Shown: piece after piece, positions 9,813 through 21,003 of the stretch
How positions within the stretch are numbered: the stretch's first letter is position 1
Layout of the letters: each line of letters begins with the position of its first letter
Assembly: GCA_023247445.1 (NCBI GenBank)
Contig: JAHFGL010000003.1
Coordinates: forward strand, 78,128 to 142,127
Source of the DNA: Candidatus Omnitrophota bacterium
Lineage (GTDB): Bacteria > Omnitrophota > Gorgyraeia > Zapsychrales > Zapsychraceae
Direction of reading: 5' to 3'
Length of the DNA stretch: 64,000 nt
Notes under the pieces: generated by a model
What the model was told of the DNA's origin: nothing
What the model saw: only the letters and a program-made list of their open reading frames with translations
Database searches by the model: none
Made by a program: the position numbers and the translations under genes

Positions 9813-11006
9813 ATGAATTACGAAAATTGGATTAGTTACCGATATTTGATCGCTGGCAAAGGACGGTTCCTTTCGTTTCTTAATTTTGTCTCGATTGCTG
9901 GCATTGCCATTGGCGTCACCGCACTTATTGTTGTCACAGGTGTTATGACGGGTTTTGGTAATAATCTGCGAGAAAAAATTATTGGCACAACGCCGCATTT
10001 GATGATCGAAAAAGAAACGGGTGTTCCAGATTATGAGAAAATTGTAAATCAGGTCAAATCGATCGATGGCGTTGCCGGCGTATCGACATATGTGCAAGGC
10101 AACATTTTCTTGGAAAATTCTGGGCAGGCGATGGGGCTTGTCATCCGTGGCATTGTTCCTCAGACAGAACGAGAAGTCACAAGAGTTGAACAATATTTAA
10201 CTAAGGGCAAGATCGATGATTTAGAAGGCGATCATATTATTGTTGGTAAAGAATTGGCACGGTATTTTGGTTATGAGGTTGGTGATAAGGTAACATTAAT
10301 TTCTCCCAGCGCTGGTTTATCAGGACAAAGTTGGCATTACCAGTTAACGATTTCAGGGATTTTCAGCACGGGCATGGCGGATTATGATATGAATTTAGTT
10401 TTGGTCAATTTTAAGAAAGCTCAAGAAATTTTTGGTTTGGCTCCCAATATGGCAACCGGCATTGGGGTCAAAGTAAATAATCCCTATCAAGCTAATGAGA
10501 TCAAAGAAAAATTTTACACCCTGTTAGGATACAGTTTTATCGTTAAGAGCTGGATTGATATTAATCGCAATTTGTTTGAGGCGCTCGCGCTAGAAAAATG
10601 GGGATTGTTTATTATCTTAACGCTCATGGTTTTGGTGGCGTCGTTTAATATTATCAGCACGCTGATTGTGACGGTCATGAGCAAAGTTCATGATATCGGG
10701 ATTTTGCAAGCGATCGGTGTTCCCAAGAGTTCTATCCGAAAGATTTTTACAAAGCAGGGAATTTTTATTGGCGGCTTAGGTATTTTTTGGGGACTCATCG
10801 GTGGATTTGGATTAAGTTATATTTTAAAAACATATATTCGTGTTCCCGCACAGATTTATTCCATTGATCATGTGCCAGTTGAGTTGCAACTCTCAGATAT
10901 TTTGATTACGATAACCGCCGCATTTTTAATTAGCTATGCGGCCAGCGTTTATCCAGCGGCGAAGGCAGCTAAACTTGAACCGGTAGAAGCGTTAAGATAC
11001 GAATAA
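9813..11006 (+). CDS. lolE: Lipoprotein-releasing system permease (LolC/E, FtsX-like).
   Basis: 397 aa with 4 TM helices, a large periplasmic loop and an FtsX-type C-terminal domain. It is followed by the lolD ATPase. Confidence 0.7.
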   Translation: MNYENWISYRYLIAGKGRFLSFLNFVSIAGIAIGVTALIVVTGVMTGFGNNLREKIIGTTPHLMIEKETGVPDYEKIVNQVKSIDGVAGVSTYVQGNIFLENSGQAMGLVIRGIVPQTEREVTRVEQYLTKGKIDDLEGDHIIVGKELARYFGYEVGDKVTLISPSAGLSGQSWHYQLTISGIFSTGMADYDMNLVLVNFKKAQEIFGLAPNMATGIGVKVNNPYQANEIKEKFYTLLGYSFIVKSWIDINRNLFEALALEKWGLFIILTLMVLVASFNIISTLIVTVMSKVHDIGILQAIGVPKSSIRKIFTKQGIFIGGLGIFWGLIGGFGLSYILKTYIRVPAQIYSIDHVPVELQLSDILITITAAFLISYAASVYPAAKAAKLEPVEALRYE

Positions 11007-11015
11007 GATTTTATC

Positions 11016-11095
11016 GTCATTCTGAGGAGCGAAATCGACGAAGAATCTCAAAATACTTAAGAGCTCTGAGATCCTTCGCATTCGCTCAGGATGAC
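11016..11095. repeat. Imperfect palindromic element (GTCATyCTGAG...CTCAGGATGAC family), intergenic copy.
   Basis: Left arm GTCATTCTGAGGAGCGAAATCGACGAAGAATCTC, an 18-nt loop, then right arm GAGATCCTTCGCATTCGCTCAGGATGAC. It is related to the 68-bp elements at 53038 and 54312 in the opposite orientation. Its terminal ATGAC supplies the lolD start codon. Confidence 0.8.
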
Positions 11096-11777
11096 AGCCT
11101 TTACTATGATCCTTGAAGCGACTAATATTCATAAATTTTATGTTCAGTCTGGCCAAACTTTAGAAATATTAAAGGGAATTGACTTAAAAGTTGGTGATGG
11201 AGAATTTGTGGCCATCGTTGGGCCATCGGGAGCTGGAAAGTCAACACTGTTACATATTTTGGGCGGATTGGATAAGCCCAGCGAAGGACAGGTTCTTTTT
11301 CAAGGGCAAGATGTTTATCGACTTAAAGATAAAGAACGGGCAAAGGTTCGTAACATTAGTATAGGATTTGTGTTTCAGTTTTATCATTTACTTGCAGAGT
11401 TTACCGCCCTGGAAAATGTTTTACTGCCCGCGCTTATTAAAGAAGATCGCAAGAATAGCAAACATTTTGAGGGTAAAGGAACGGCGCTGTTAGATCAAGT
11501 CGGATTAAAGAGTCGAGCGACGCATAAACCCAATCAATTGTCAGGTGGGGAGCAGCAACGAGTGGCTATCGCCAGAGCCTTAATTAATGATCCCAAAATT
11601 ATTTTTTGCGATGAGCCGACGGGTAATCTTGATTCCGCAACGGGTAAAGAGATCATTAGTTTATTGCAGCAACTGAATCAAAAAAATAAACAAGCCTTGG
11701 TAATTGTAACCCATGATGAGAATATTGCGAAGTTAGCACAGCGTAAAGTTTATATTAAAGATGGGAAGTTAGTCTAA
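11091..11777 (+). CDS. lolD: Lipoprotein-releasing system ATP-binding protein LolD.
   Basis: 228 aa ABC ATPase with Walker [10 protein letters not shown], signature LSGGEQQR and Walker B IIFCDEPT. Confidence 0.8.
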   Translation: MTAFTMILEATNIHKFYVQSGQTLEILKGIDLKVGDGEFVAIVGPSGAGKSTLLHILGGLDKPSEGQVLFQGQDVYRLKDKERAKVRNISIGFVFQFYHLLAEFTALENVLLPALIKEDRKNSKHFEGKGTALLDQVGLKSRATHKPNQLSGGEQQRVAIARALINDPKIIFCDEPTGNLDSATGKEIISLLQQLNQKNKQALVIVTHDENIAKLAQRKVYIKDGKLV

Positions 11778-11794
11778 TTGTAAAAAGAGAGGCG

Positions 11795-12661
11795 ATGATG
11801 AAAATTTATCTCAATGGAAAATTTGTGGAGAAAAAAGACGCAAAGGTATCCGTGTTTGATCACGGTTTTCTTTATGGCGACGGCGCTTTCGAAGGAATCC
11901 GTGCGTATAATCGATTAGTTTTTAAATTAGAGGAGCACGTGGAACGACTTTATGAAACCAGTCATACGCTAATGATTGATCTTAAGATGACCAGAAAAGA
12001 AATGATGAAGGCCATCGTCGATACGCTTAAGGCCAATAATCTAACCGATGCGTATATCCGTGTTGTGGTTAGCCGTGGCGAGGGCGATCTTGGTTTAGAT
12101 CCACGCAAGTGTTTTGGAAATCCAAATGTGATAATTATTGCAGATAAAATTACGCTTTATCCAAAGGAATTATATAATAGGGGCATGGAAATTATCACCG
12201 TGCCTACGGTGCGCAATAATCCTGAAGCGATTAATCCACAGCTAAAAAGTCTTAACTATCTTAATAATATTTTAGCCAAGATCGAGGCGAATAATTCTGG
12301 ATTTAGCGAAGCGATTATGCTCGATCATCAAGGTTATGTGGCGGAGTGCACGGGGGATAACATTTTTATTATCAAAAATAAGGTGTTATCAACACCCAGT
12401 CAGGGAAGGTTAAAAGGTATCACCCGTGAGACCGTTTTAGAATTAGCTAAGAAAAATAAAATTGAAACAAAAGAATGCCTGATGACACGTCATGAGGTTT
12501 ATATTTCTGATGAATGTTTTTTAACGGGAACGGCGGCTGAGATTATTCCGGTCGTGAAGGTTGATGGTCGTATTATCGGCAGCGGTAAGCCAGGGCCAAT
12601 GACAACTAAGTTAATTGAGATGTTTCATAAAGTCACAAGGACAGATGGAACTAAGTATTAA
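11795..12661 (+). CDS. ilvE: Class IV (fold type IV) aminotransferase, branched-chain amino acid or D-amino acid aminotransferase.
   Basis: 288 aa with GxGxFEGxRxY near the N-terminus (GDGAFEGIRAY), typical of the IlvE/Dat family. Confidence 0.7.
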   Translation: MMKIYLNGKFVEKKDAKVSVFDHGFLYGDGAFEGIRAYNRLVFKLEEHVERLYETSHTLMIDLKMTRKEMMKAIVDTLKANNLTDAYIRVVVSRGEGDLGLDPRKCFGNPNVIIIADKITLYPKELYNRGMEIITVPTVRNNPEAINPQLKSLNYLNNILAKIEANNSGFSEAIMLDHQGYVAECTGDNIFIIKNKVLSTPSQGRLKGITRETVLELAKKNKIETKECLMTRHEVYISDECFLTGTAAEIIPVVKVDGRIIGSGKPGPMTTKLIEMFHKVTRTDGTKY

Positions 12662-12682
12662 TTTTTAAGTAAAGGTAAAATA

Positions 12683-13183
12683 ATGCAGTGTGATATTTGC
12701 GCTAAGAAAAAAGCAACCGTCCATTTGACAGAGATTGTTGATGAACAAATGTCTGAGATGCATCTGTGTGAGGAATGTGCTCGTCAGAAAAGTTCACAAA
12801 TGGAACAGCAGTTTGGACTGGCGGATTTATTGGCGGGTTTGGGAGACTTTGGTAAACAACTCAAAGATGCCGAGAAAGTCAATATTCAGTGTTCTAACTG
12901 CGCCATGAGCTATGACGATTTTAGGAAATTTGGCCGTTTGGGTTGCAATAAGTGTTATGATTCTTTTAAAACACATTTATCAACGTTGCTGAAAAAAATT
13001 CATGGATCAAATCAGCATTTTGGTAAATCACCGGTGAGAATTCCACAAGAGGAACGAAGAAAGATTGAAAGTCTGCAAGATTTAAAGAATCATTTGATGC
13101 AGGCCATTCAAATGGAAGATTTTGAAAAGGCCGCACAGCTACGTGATAAGATTCGTGAAATCGAAGAAAAAGGTAGTGTTTAA
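12683..13183 (+). CDS. mcsA: McsA-like protein arginine kinase activator (two Zn fingers plus a UVR domain).
   Basis: 166 aa with CxxC...CxxC twice and a C-terminal UVR motif (EDFEKAAQLRDKIREIEEK). It lies directly upstream of mcsB and clpC. Confidence 0.7.
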   Translation: MQCDICAKKKATVHLTEIVDEQMSEMHLCEECARQKSSQMEQQFGLADLLAGLGDFGKQLKDAEKVNIQCSNCAMSYDDFRKFGRLGCNKCYDSFKTHLSTLLKKIHGSNQHFGKSPVRIPQEERRKIESLQDLKNHLMQAIQMEDFEKAAQLRDKIREIEEKGSV

Positions 13184-13185
13184 TT

Positions 13186-14238
13186 ATGAAATTAGACGAT
13201 TTTATTCATAACACTGGGCAATGGTTAAAAGGAGCGGGAGAACATGCAAACATTGTTATGTCTTCTCGGGTAAGGCTCGCGCGTAACTTATCACTCAAAC
13301 CATTTCCTAACAAAGCCAGAAAAAAAGATTTAATGGAAGTTTTTTCTGCTGTTGAGGCGGCTATGCAACAAATCGAATTCTTTAAGAAGGTCGTTTTTCT
13401 TAGGATTTGGGAGTTGGATAGTATTGATAAACAATTTTTGATTGAACGCCATTTAATGAGCCATGAGCATGCCACAAGTCCGGAGGGAAAGGCTTTAGTT
13501 GTTTCGGATGAAGAAGTTCTTTCCGTTATGATTAATGAAGAGGATCATCTGCGTATTCAAGTGATGCAGTCGGGACTTAATTTGGATGCGAGCTGGAAGA
13601 TGGCTAATTCCATTGATGATGCGTTATCAGAAAAATTAGATTTTGCTTATTCGATTAATTGGGGATATTTGACAGCATGTCCGACGAATACTGGAACAGC
13701 TTTACGTGGATCGGTAATGTTGCATCTGCCAGCCTTGGTTATGACCAAACAAATTGGTAAAGTTTTAACGGCCGTATCGAAACTTAGTTTTGCCTCCCGC
13801 GGCTTTTATGGAGAAGGAACGCAGGCCAGCGGAAATTTTTATCAAATATCTAATCAAGTATCGATGGGCCATTCTGAAACAGATGTCATTCAAAATATTA
13901 ATGGCCTTATTCGTCAGGTTATCGAGCAGGAAGAACAAGCCCGGCAAGCACTCCTCGTGCAGAATCGTCCTATGCTCGAAGATAAAATTTATCGGTCACT
14001 GGGAATTTTAAAAACATCGCGAATTATTTCTAGTCAAGAAACTGTTGAGCTGTTGTCTATGGTTCGCTTAGGAATTGATCTTGATATTGCGAAAGATGTT
14101 AGTCGTAAAGCGATCAATGAACTTTTTATTATGATTCAACCGGCCCATTTGCAAAAAATTGAAGGCAAGAAGTTGACATCGACGGAAAGAGATGCCAAAA
14201 GAGCTAGTCTTATTCGACAAAAATTAGGAGGGTTCTAA
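13186..14238 (+). CDS. mcsB: Protein arginine kinase McsB (phosphagen/guanidino kinase family).
   Basis: 350 aa carrying the guanidino-kinase active-site region [13 protein letters not shown]. Confidence 0.8.
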   Translation: MKLDDFIHNTGQWLKGAGEHANIVMSSRVRLARNLSLKPFPNKARKKDLMEVFSAVEAAMQQIEFFKKVVFLRIWELDSIDKQFLIERHLMSHEHATSPEGKALVVSDEEVLSVMINEEDHLRIQVMQSGLNLDASWKMANSIDDALSEKLDFAYSINWGYLTACPTNTGTALRGSVMLHLPALVMTKQIGKVLTAVSKLSFASRGFYGEGTQASGNFYQISNQVSMGHSETDVIQNINGLIRQVIEQEEQARQALLVQNRPMLEDKIYRSLGILKTSRIISSQETVELLSMVRLGIDLDIAKDVSRKAINELFIMIQPAHLQKIEGKKLTSTERDAKRASLIRQKLGGF

Positions 14239-14239
14239 G

Positions 14240-16657
14240 ATGTTCAATCGATTTACAGAACGAGCCAGAAAAGTTATTGTTTATGCTAAAGAAGAAGCAC
14301 GACGATTTAATCATGATTACATTGGCACCGAGCATCTTTTGTTGGGTTTGGTCCGTGAAGGAGAAGGTGTCGCGGCCGCTGTCTTACAAAAACTCGGATT
14401 AGATTTGGAAACAATTCGTATTGAAGTTGAGAAGTTGGTTCAACCGGGACCGCAGACGCAAGTGTTGGGAGATATTCCTTTTACACCGCGATCTAAAAAA
14501 GCACTAGAACTCTCGGCGGAAGAGGCGAGAGCTCTTGGCCACAACTACATCGGCACCGAGCATCTTCTTTTAGGATTAGTTAAAGAAGGTGAAGGGATGG
14601 CGTATCGCGTGTTATTAAACTTGGGACTTGATTTAGGTAAACTGCGTAACGAAGTTATGGAACTCTTAGGTTCGGGAATTCCTGGATATAATGCGCAGGA
14701 GCCAACCAAATCTGATAAAACGCCAGCCATCGATGCCTATGGACGCAATTTAAATAAATTAGCCAAGGACGGCAAACTTGATCCAGTCATCGGGCGCGAG
14801 GAAGAGATTCAACGCATCGTTCAGATTTTAAGTCGTCGAACAAAGAATAATCCAGTTCTTCTAGGTGAGGCTGGTGTTGGAAAAACAGCGATCGTTGAAG
14901 GATTGGCACAACTGATTGTCAAAGGTGATGTGCCTGAAGTCTTGCGCGACAAAACCATTGTCGTTTTGGATTTGGCGCTTATGATCGCCGGAACAAAATA
15001 TCGCGGACAATTTGAAGAACGTATTAAAGCCATCATGGATGAGATTAGACGTTCTGGAAAAGTTATTCTTTTTATCGATGAGTTGCATACATTAGTCGGA
15101 GCTGGTGCCGCGGAAGGGGCGATTGACGCCGCCAATATTTTAAAGCCAGCCTTGGCTCGAGGAGAGATTCAGTGTATTGGGGCAACCACACTTGATGAAT
15201 ATCGTAAGCATATTGAAAAAGATGCGGCGCTCGAACGTCGATTTCAAACCATTATGATTGAGCCGCCATCGGTTGAAGAGGCGATTCAAATTTTAAAAGG
15301 TCTTCGTGATAAATATGAAGCGCATCATCGTGTTAAATTTTCTGATGAGGCGCTCGATGCCGCGGTCAAATTATCGGATCGGTATATTTCTGGACGAGCT
15401 TTGCCGGATAAGGCTGTTGATATCTTAGATGAGGCTGGCGCTCGGGCTCGTCTTCAAGCGATGGTCATGCCGCCAGAAGTTAAAGGTTTAGAAGTTGAGA
15501 TTGAACAGCTAAAGAAAGAAAAAGAAAGCTATATCAAAAGTCAGGATTTTGAAAAAGCAGCCAAGATGCGTGATTTAGAACGTGATGCGCGCGATAAGTT
15601 AGAAGCGATCCGAAGCGCGTGGACTCAGGAACGTGATAAGGCGACGCTCGTCTTAGGTTATGAAGAGATTGCTAAAGTTGTTTCGCAGTGGACAAAGATT
15701 CCACTCGTTCGTTTGGAGCAAAAAGAGACAGATAAGTTAATGAAGATGGAAGATCATTTAAAGAAAATGGTCGTTGGCCAAGATGAGGCCATCAGCGCTA
15801 TTTCTCGCGCTGTGCGTCGATCACGTGCGGGGATTAAGAATCCTAAACGGCCCATTGGTTCTTTTATATTTTTAGGACCCACGGGCGTTGGAAAAACGCT
15901 TTTAGCTCAGGTGCTCGCTGAATTTATGTTTGGCGACCGTGAAGCGCTCATTCAAATTGATATGTCGGAATATATGGATAAATTTAATGTCTCGCGACTA
16001 ATTGGTGCGCCACCAGGTTATGTCGGGTATGAAGAGGGCGGACAATTGACCGAGAAAGTTCGACGTAAACCTTACTCAGTTATTTTACTTGATGAAATCG
16101 AAAAGGCTCACATGGATGTGTTTAATTTACTTCTTCAAGTTTTTGAAGAGGGGAGATTAACGGATAGCTTGGGGCGCAAAATTGATTTTCGTAATACCAT
16201 CATCTTGATGACATCTAACGTCGGTGCCGAGATGATCCGTAAACAAGGATCATTGGGTTTTGTTGCTCCTAAGGAAGATGTAACACATGATGAAATGAAA
16301 GTTCGTCTCCTTGATGAAGTAAAGAGAACGTTTAAACCGGAGTTTCTAAACCGTGTAGATGACATCATTGTCTTTAGATCTTTAACTAAAGAAAATTTAA
16401 GAAATATTGTCCAGCTTGAAATCAGCTCTGTGGCTAATCGCTTAAAAGAAAAAGGGATTGAGGTTGAACTTTCCCCATCAGCGCTGGATTTGCTCATCGA
16501 GAAAGGTTTTGATCCTGTCTATGGGGCGCGACCATTAAAGAGGACAATTCAAAGACTGCTCGAAGATCCTTTGGCCGAAGATATTATTTCTGGGCAATTT
16601 AAGGAAGGTATAAAAATTAACGTCGATCGAAAAGACGAAGTCTTGGCCTTTTCTTAA
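14240..16657 (+). CDS. clpC: ATP-dependent Clp protease ATP-binding subunit ClpC.
   Basis: 805 aa with two N-terminal Clp_N repeats, two AAA+ modules ([16 protein letters not shown]) and a middle UVR motif. Confidence 0.9.
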   Translation: MFNRFTERARKVIVYAKEEARRFNHDYIGTEHLLLGLVREGEGVAAAVLQKLGLDLETIRIEVEKLVQPGPQTQVLGDIPFTPRSKKALELSAEEARALGHNYIGTEHLLLGLVKEGEGMAYRVLLNLGLDLGKLRNEVMELLGSGIPGYNAQEPTKSDKTPAIDAYGRNLNKLAKDGKLDPVIGREEEIQRIVQILSRRTKNNPVLLGEAGVGKTAIVEGLAQLIVKGDVPEVLRDKTIVVLDLALMIAGTKYRGQFEERIKAIMDEIRRSGKVILFIDELHTLVGAGAAEGAIDAANILKPALARGEIQCIGATTLDEYRKHIEKDAALERRFQTIMIEPPSVEEAIQILKGLRDKYEAHHRVKFSDEALDAAVKLSDRYISGRALPDKAVDILDEAGARARLQAMVMPPEVKGLEVEIEQLKKEKESYIKSQDFEKAAKMRDLERDARDKLEAIRSAWTQERDKATLVLGYEEIAKVVSQWTKIPLVRLEQKETDKLMKMEDHLKKMVVGQDEAISAISRAVRRSRAGIKNPKRPIGSFIFLGPTGVGKTLLAQVLAEFMFGDREALIQIDMSEYMDKFNVSRLIGAPPGYVGYEEGGQLTEKVRRKPYSVILLDEIEKAHMDVFNLLLQVFEEGRLTDSLGRKIDFRNTIILMTSNVGAEMIRKQGSLGFVAPKEDVTHDEMKVRLLDEVKRTFKPEFLNRVDDIIVFRSLTKENLRNIVQLEISSVANRLKEKGIEVELSPSALDLLIEKGFDPVYGARPLKRTIQRLLEDPLAEDIISGQFKEGIKINVDRKDEVLAFS

Positions 16658-16666
16658 AAAGCAATC

Positions 16667-17641
16667 ATGAAAAGTAGATTTCTTCTACTCTGTGCGCTTG
16701 TCATTTTGCTTTGGCCTAAATTATGTTTAGCCAAAAGCACTTTCCCTTTTCACGGACAGCTTGATCTTGCCAACCGTAAGCTAGATTTAACCGTCCAGGT
16801 TAATGACCAAACCGTTTTTATAACAAACATCAATAAATTATCCGATAATGATTATCATCTTCGTTTAAAATTCGAACATCTTAAGGCGCTAGCCTTTGAT
16901 TTGTCGAGCGAGATGGAAGGATCTCTTCGTTTTCATCAAATTGAAGACGGGATAAGCCAATTTATTTCTGGAAAAATATGGAGTCAATACACCCTTGTTG
17001 ACCGAAAACCCATACGAGAACTTCTAGGACAGTTTGAGCTTCGGCAGAAGAAGTTAATCATTCCCTCGATATCATTCGGAGATATTAAATGTAGTGGTTC
17101 GGTTGATTTTAATTCTCCCTACAAAATAGATTTGGTTTTTGATCTTACGGCTATTGAGATGGAAGATTTTTTGGCTTTTTGGTCCAATAGTAGAGAATTT
17201 AGTGCCGCAGGAACTGTTGCTGGAAAAATCAAAGTTTCAGGAGCACTTGATCATTTACTTCTTAAGGGCAATTTGGCGAGCTTTAATGGTTTTGTCGACA
17301 AGTTGCAGTACGACAGTTTTTTCTTAAATATGGAAGGCATTTATCCGCATCTACAAATTGCTTCCTCCACAGTTTCTCAGTCGGATGGCCCCAGTTATAC
17401 TTTAGATGGCCCGTTTAATCTTAGCGATCAACAAAGTTTTAAAAAACAAATTGAAAATTTGACGATAGCGCCCTTAATCAATGATTCTGGATCTCGAGTA
17501 GAATGGACCTTTAAGCGTCTAAAGGATGAAAGATCAGGAACAACAGAAATTAAATATCTTCTGCGTAAAGATAATGCCAGTGGAGATGCGTTTAGTAAAG
17601 AATCGGATATGTTAGGTGTTGAGCGAAGGATGGAGTTTTAA
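16667..17641 (+). CDS. Hypothetical secreted protein.
   Basis: 324 aa with a signal peptide and no recognisable motif. It sits upstream of mlaE. Confidence 0.4.
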   Translation: MKSRFLLLCALVILLWPKLCLAKSTFPFHGQLDLANRKLDLTVQVNDQTVFITNINKLSDNDYHLRLKFEHLKALAFDLSSEMEGSLRFHQIEDGISQFISGKIWSQYTLVDRKPIRELLGQFELRQKKLIIPSISFGDIKCSGSVDFNSPYKIDLVFDLTAIEMEDFLAFWSNSREFSAAGTVAGKIKVSGALDHLLLKGNLASFNGFVDKLQYDSFFLNMEGIYPHLQIASSTVSQSDGPSYTLDGPFNLSDQQSFKKQIENLTIAPLINDSGSRVEWTFKRLKDERSGTTEIKYLLRKDNASGDAFSKESDMLGVERRMEF

Positions 17642-17644
17642 ATT

Positions 17645-18433
17645 ATGTTGGCCAATGTTAGTTATAAACTCGGAAATTTACTTTTTGGATTAATCAATTA
17701 TGTTGGTAAGTTGACGCTTTTATTAAGCCAGACGATAGGACTCATTTTTGTCCGCCCAATTAAAAGAGAGCGCATTTTAATTCAAGCTAAACGTGTTGGC
17801 CCGGGGAGTTTTTTTATTTCTGGATTAGTTGCGCTTTTTATTGGGATGATCATGGCTCTTCAGATGGCTTCTCAAATGATTAGGTTAGGGGCAGAGATTT
17901 ATATTCCGAGTGTTGTCGGTGTTTCTATGACTCGAGAATTAGCGCCTGTCTTAACCGCGCTTATTGTAGCTGGACGTGTAGGGGCGGGTATTGCTGCTGA
18001 AATTGGATCGATGGCCGTGACTGAACAAGTGGATGCCTTGCGCGCATTTGCTGTTAATCCCGTTAAATTCTTAGTTGTTCCTCGATTTTTGGCCTTAGTA
18101 ATTATGGTGCCATGTCTAACGATTTTTGCTGATTTGGTTGGGATTTTTGGTGGATTTATTATCTGTGTTTTTAAATTAGGCATGCATGCGTCGATGTATT
18201 TAAATATGATTGCGCAGGCTGTGGATATCCCAGATATTTTAACGGGACTTTTAAAAGCTGTTGTCTTTGCGGGGATTATTGCTTTGGTCGGTTGCCATGA
18301 AGGGCTTCATGTTAAAGGAGGCGCGGAAGGTGTTGGACGAGCCACAACGTTTTCGGTGGTTATTTCATTTATCCTTATCATCATGGCGGATTGTTTGTTT
18401 ACGACACTGTTTTATTTTATTTTTAAATTATGA
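17645..18433 (+). CDS. mlaE: Phospholipid ABC transporter permease MlaE.
   Basis: 262 aa multi-TM permease of the MlaE/TTG2B family. It is followed by the ATPase and the MCE-domain protein. Confidence 0.8.
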   Translation: MLANVSYKLGNLLFGLINYVGKLTLLLSQTIGLIFVRPIKRERILIQAKRVGPGSFFISGLVALFIGMIMALQMASQMIRLGAEIYIPSVVGVSMTRELAPVLTALIVAGRVGAGIAAEIGSMAVTEQVDALRAFAVNPVKFLVVPRFLALVIMVPCLTIFADLVGIFGGFIICVFKLGMHASMYLNMIAQAVDIPDILTGLLKAVVFAGIIALVGCHEGLHVKGGAEGVGRATTFSVVISFILIIMADCLFTTLFYFIFKL

Positions 18434-19203
18434 TTCACATTTCTCATCTATATAAATCTTTTGCTAGAGATTCTGTTCTTACCGATTTTAATTTAACCGT
18501 TAAGGCCGGTGAGACGAAGGTTATCATTGGCCGTTCCGGGGCGGGAAAAAGTGTGCTGCTCAAATGTATTATGGGATTAGTTCGACCGGATTCAGGATCA
18601 ATTAAGATTAATGGGGTTGAAGTCACGGATATTGCAGAGAAAGAATACAATAAAATCCGTATGGATATTGGTTTGCTTTTTCAAGGCGGAGCGCTTTTTG
18701 ATTCGATGAGTGTGGCGGACAATGTGGCTTTTGTTCTTAACGAATTTAAGAATCTGGACAAAAAAACAGTTCAAAAGAAAGTTGAAGAAGCCTTGGCTTT
18801 AGTCGGGTTGCAGGGGGTTGAGGATTTAAATCCGTCACAATTAAGCGGGGGGATGAAAAAGCGTGTTAGTTTAGCACGCATCCTTTGCATGGAGCCGCAA
18901 ATGATTTTTTATGATGAACCCACCAGTGAAGTCGACCCCATCATGGCGGATGCGATTAATAATTTAATCATCGATTTGCGCAATAAACTCAAAGTGACGT
19001 CGATTGTGGTGACTCATGATATGAACTCAGCTTTTAAGGTCGCTGACTCGATTGCAATGGTTTATCATGGCCAGGTGATTGCCGAAGGCACACCTGATGA
19101 GATTCGGCACACCAAACACCCGGTTGTAAAACAATTTATTTACGGGGAGGCGCATGGCCCCATTACTGATGATGAAAATCTAATTTTTGGGCATGTGAAA
19201 TAA
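18430..19203 (+). CDS. mlaF: Phospholipid ABC transporter ATP-binding protein MlaF.
   Basis: 257 aa ABC ATPase with GRSGAGKS, LSGGMKKR and IFYDEPTS. Confidence 0.8.
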   Translation: MIHISHLYKSFARDSVLTDFNLTVKAGETKVIIGRSGAGKSVLLKCIMGLVRPDSGSIKINGVEVTDIAEKEYNKIRMDIGLLFQGGALFDSMSVADNVAFVLNEFKNLDKKTVQKKVEEALALVGLQGVEDLNPSQLSGGMKKRVSLARILCMEPQMIFYDEPTSEVDPIMADAINNLIIDLRNKLKVTSIVVTHDMNSAFKVADSIAMVYHGQVIAEGTPDEIRHTKHPVVKQFIYGEAHGPITDDENLIFGHVK

Positions 19204-19217
19204 CAGAAAGGGACGAT

Positions 19218-19928
19218 ATGTCGAAGGAATCAAGGTTAGAATTTAAAGTCGGACTTTTTGTCTTGGCGGCAATGATTGGTTTAGCCTTTTTTATTTTCTC
19301 CGTGAATGATTCCTCCATTTTTGCCAAAGGTAAGAAATTAAAATTCATATTTCAATTTGCCGATGGCCTAAAGGAAAGTGCACCGGTGCGTATCGCTGGC
19401 GTCGATGAAGGGGTTGTCACGGATATTCATCTTTTCTTTGACCGACAAGATCGAAAAACAAAAGCGGAAGTCCAAGTTAAGATTCAGAAAGACACACAAA
19501 TTCCTTCGGATTCAGTTGTGCTGATTAATCAGTTGGGGTTGCTTGGCGAAAAATATATTGAGATTGTTCCCGGCGTTGAGACAAAAACATTTTTTGAAAA
19601 TGGACAGGTTATTGTTGGAAAGGATCCGATTTCGCAGAACGCTATTTCTGAGAAGATTATGGGAGCAGCGAACAAGTTTGATCAAACGATGAGCGGGTTA
19701 AGTAAAATTATGAGTGATGAGAAAAATATCGAATCGGTTAGCCAGACGCTTCAGGGGTTGGGCATGATTTCAAGTAACCTGGCACGTGTTTCCGAAAATA
19801 TTAAAGAAGGTAAAGGAACGATCGGTCGCCTTTTCTATGACGAACGTCTCTATGATGACCTGCAAGGCTTAGCTTCCGAGTTAAAAGCCAACCCTTGGAA
19901 ACTTCTCTATCGACCAAAAGATCGTTAA
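19218..19928 (+). CDS. mlaD: MCE-domain periplasmic substrate-binding protein MlaD.
   Basis: 236 aa with an N-terminal TM anchor followed by an MCE domain. Confidence 0.75.
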   Translation: MSKESRLEFKVGLFVLAAMIGLAFFIFSVNDSSIFAKGKKLKFIFQFADGLKESAPVRIAGVDEGVVTDIHLFFDRQDRKTKAEVQVKIQKDTQIPSDSVVLINQLGLLGEKYIEIVPGVETKTFFENGQVIVGKDPISQNAISEKIMGAANKFDQTMSGLSKIMSDEKNIESVSQTLQGLGMISSNLARVSENIKEGKGTIGRLFYDERLYDDLQGLASELKANPWKLLYRPKDR

Positions 19929-19957
19929 TTATTACCAAAGGAAATTATTCTAAGGTA

Positions 19958-20001
19958 TTTACACTACAAAAGTCGCCATGTGGCGACTTTTGTAGTGTAA
20001 A
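19958..20001. terminator. Perfect 21-bp-stem palindrome downstream of mlaD.
   Basis: TTTACACTACAAAAGTCGCCA-TG-TGGCGACTTTTGTAGTGTAAA. No T-run follows, so Rho-independent function is uncertain. It overlaps the left copy of a direct repeat. Confidence 0.5.
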
Positions 20002-20020
20002 TGAGCAAGGATCCTTCGTA
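19975..20020. repeat. Direct repeat, left copy (CGCCATGTGG...TTTGTAGTGTAAATGAGCAAGGATCCTTCGTA).
   Basis: Matches 20829-20889 with small indels. Together the two copies flank the 20060-20722 ORF. Confidence 0.75.
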
Positions 20021-20059
20021 AAATTATGTGTTTCAAGATTGTGAGAAAGGCTCTTTAAT

Positions 20060-20722
20060 ATGAATACAATTGAATTGGTAGTTTGGATATCTGTTATTGC
20101 AGCAATAGGTGTGACAATTCTTGTTTTTTATTTAAAAAAACTTGACCTAGATTTAAAGAGTAACATTGTAATAATTCTTGGGGTGGGTGCTTATTTTTAT
20201 TTTTTTCATGGATCTTTTGATTCACGCCATCTTTTAACATCTTTGATTAAATACCTTATTGTTTTTTTATTATGTATTTGGTTATTATATGACATGACAT
20301 GCAATGCTAATGGAGATAGAAAACTAAAGAAAATATTGAAGGTGATAAACTCTTCCAAAGATAAGAATATTATTAATGCGCTTAAAGAATTCTTTGTAAA
20401 AGATACGGAGATAGAGCTATTAAATTTTTATATCGAAGAAAAGGCAGACTGGTTGATCCAAGTTTCTAAAGGGAAGGACGTTGGGAATTTTGACTTTACC
20501 ACAACATTTCATTCAAGGGATTTGACCAAAGATCAAATAAATAGATTATCCCTATTGAGTTGGGAACCTTTTTGTGATGAAGAGTTAGAAGGATTTGAAT
20601 GCTCTTTAGAAATTTTTAAGGATGATTTGGCTAGCTTGACCAAAGCATCAGAATTGATTTATAAAACTTTTGAGATAGTCACATTTTCTTCAAATCAAAA
20701 GATTATGGTGAATTTTGGATAG
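20060..20722 (+). CDS. Hypothetical membrane protein (N-terminal TM helices plus a cytoplasmic domain).
   Basis: 220 aa, AT-rich, no recognisable motif. It is flanked by ~50-60 bp direct repeats. Confidence 0.45.
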   Translation: MNTIELVVWISVIAAIGVTILVFYLKKLDLDLKSNIVIILGVGAYFYFFHGSFDSRHLLTSLIKYLIVFLLCIWLLYDMTCNANGDRKLKKILKVINSSKDKNIINALKEFFVKDTEIELLNFYIEEKADWLIQVSKGKDVGNFDFTTTFHSRDLTKDQINRLSLLSWEPFCDEELEGFECSLEIFKDDLASLTKASELIYKTFEIVTFSSNQKIMVNFG

Positions 20723-20828
20723 AATTTCAAACGTGGCTTAAAAACAATATTTAGTTGATTTACAACCAGGTAAATTAGAAAACGTCACAAAATAGCAAAG
20801 AAATCTTGGGACATTAGAATTCGGGTTT

Positions 20829-20889
20829 CGCCATGTGTTGGAAATTTTTTATTGTAGTGTAAATACCTGATGAGCAAGGATTCTTCGTA
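20829..20889. repeat. Direct repeat, right copy (CGCCATGTG...TTGTAGTGTAAATacctgaTGAGCAAGGATTCTTCGTA).
   Basis: Right-hand partner of 19975-20020. Confidence 0.75.
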
Positions 20890-21003
20890 GAATGGGTTAT
20901 AGGATGACAATGGCAAAAATTGCCATAGCCTTTAATCTGACTTTTCTGCAGTAATCTTAATTTTGGTCTTGACTTTTCTGCAGCCTAATACATACTTATA
21001 AAT

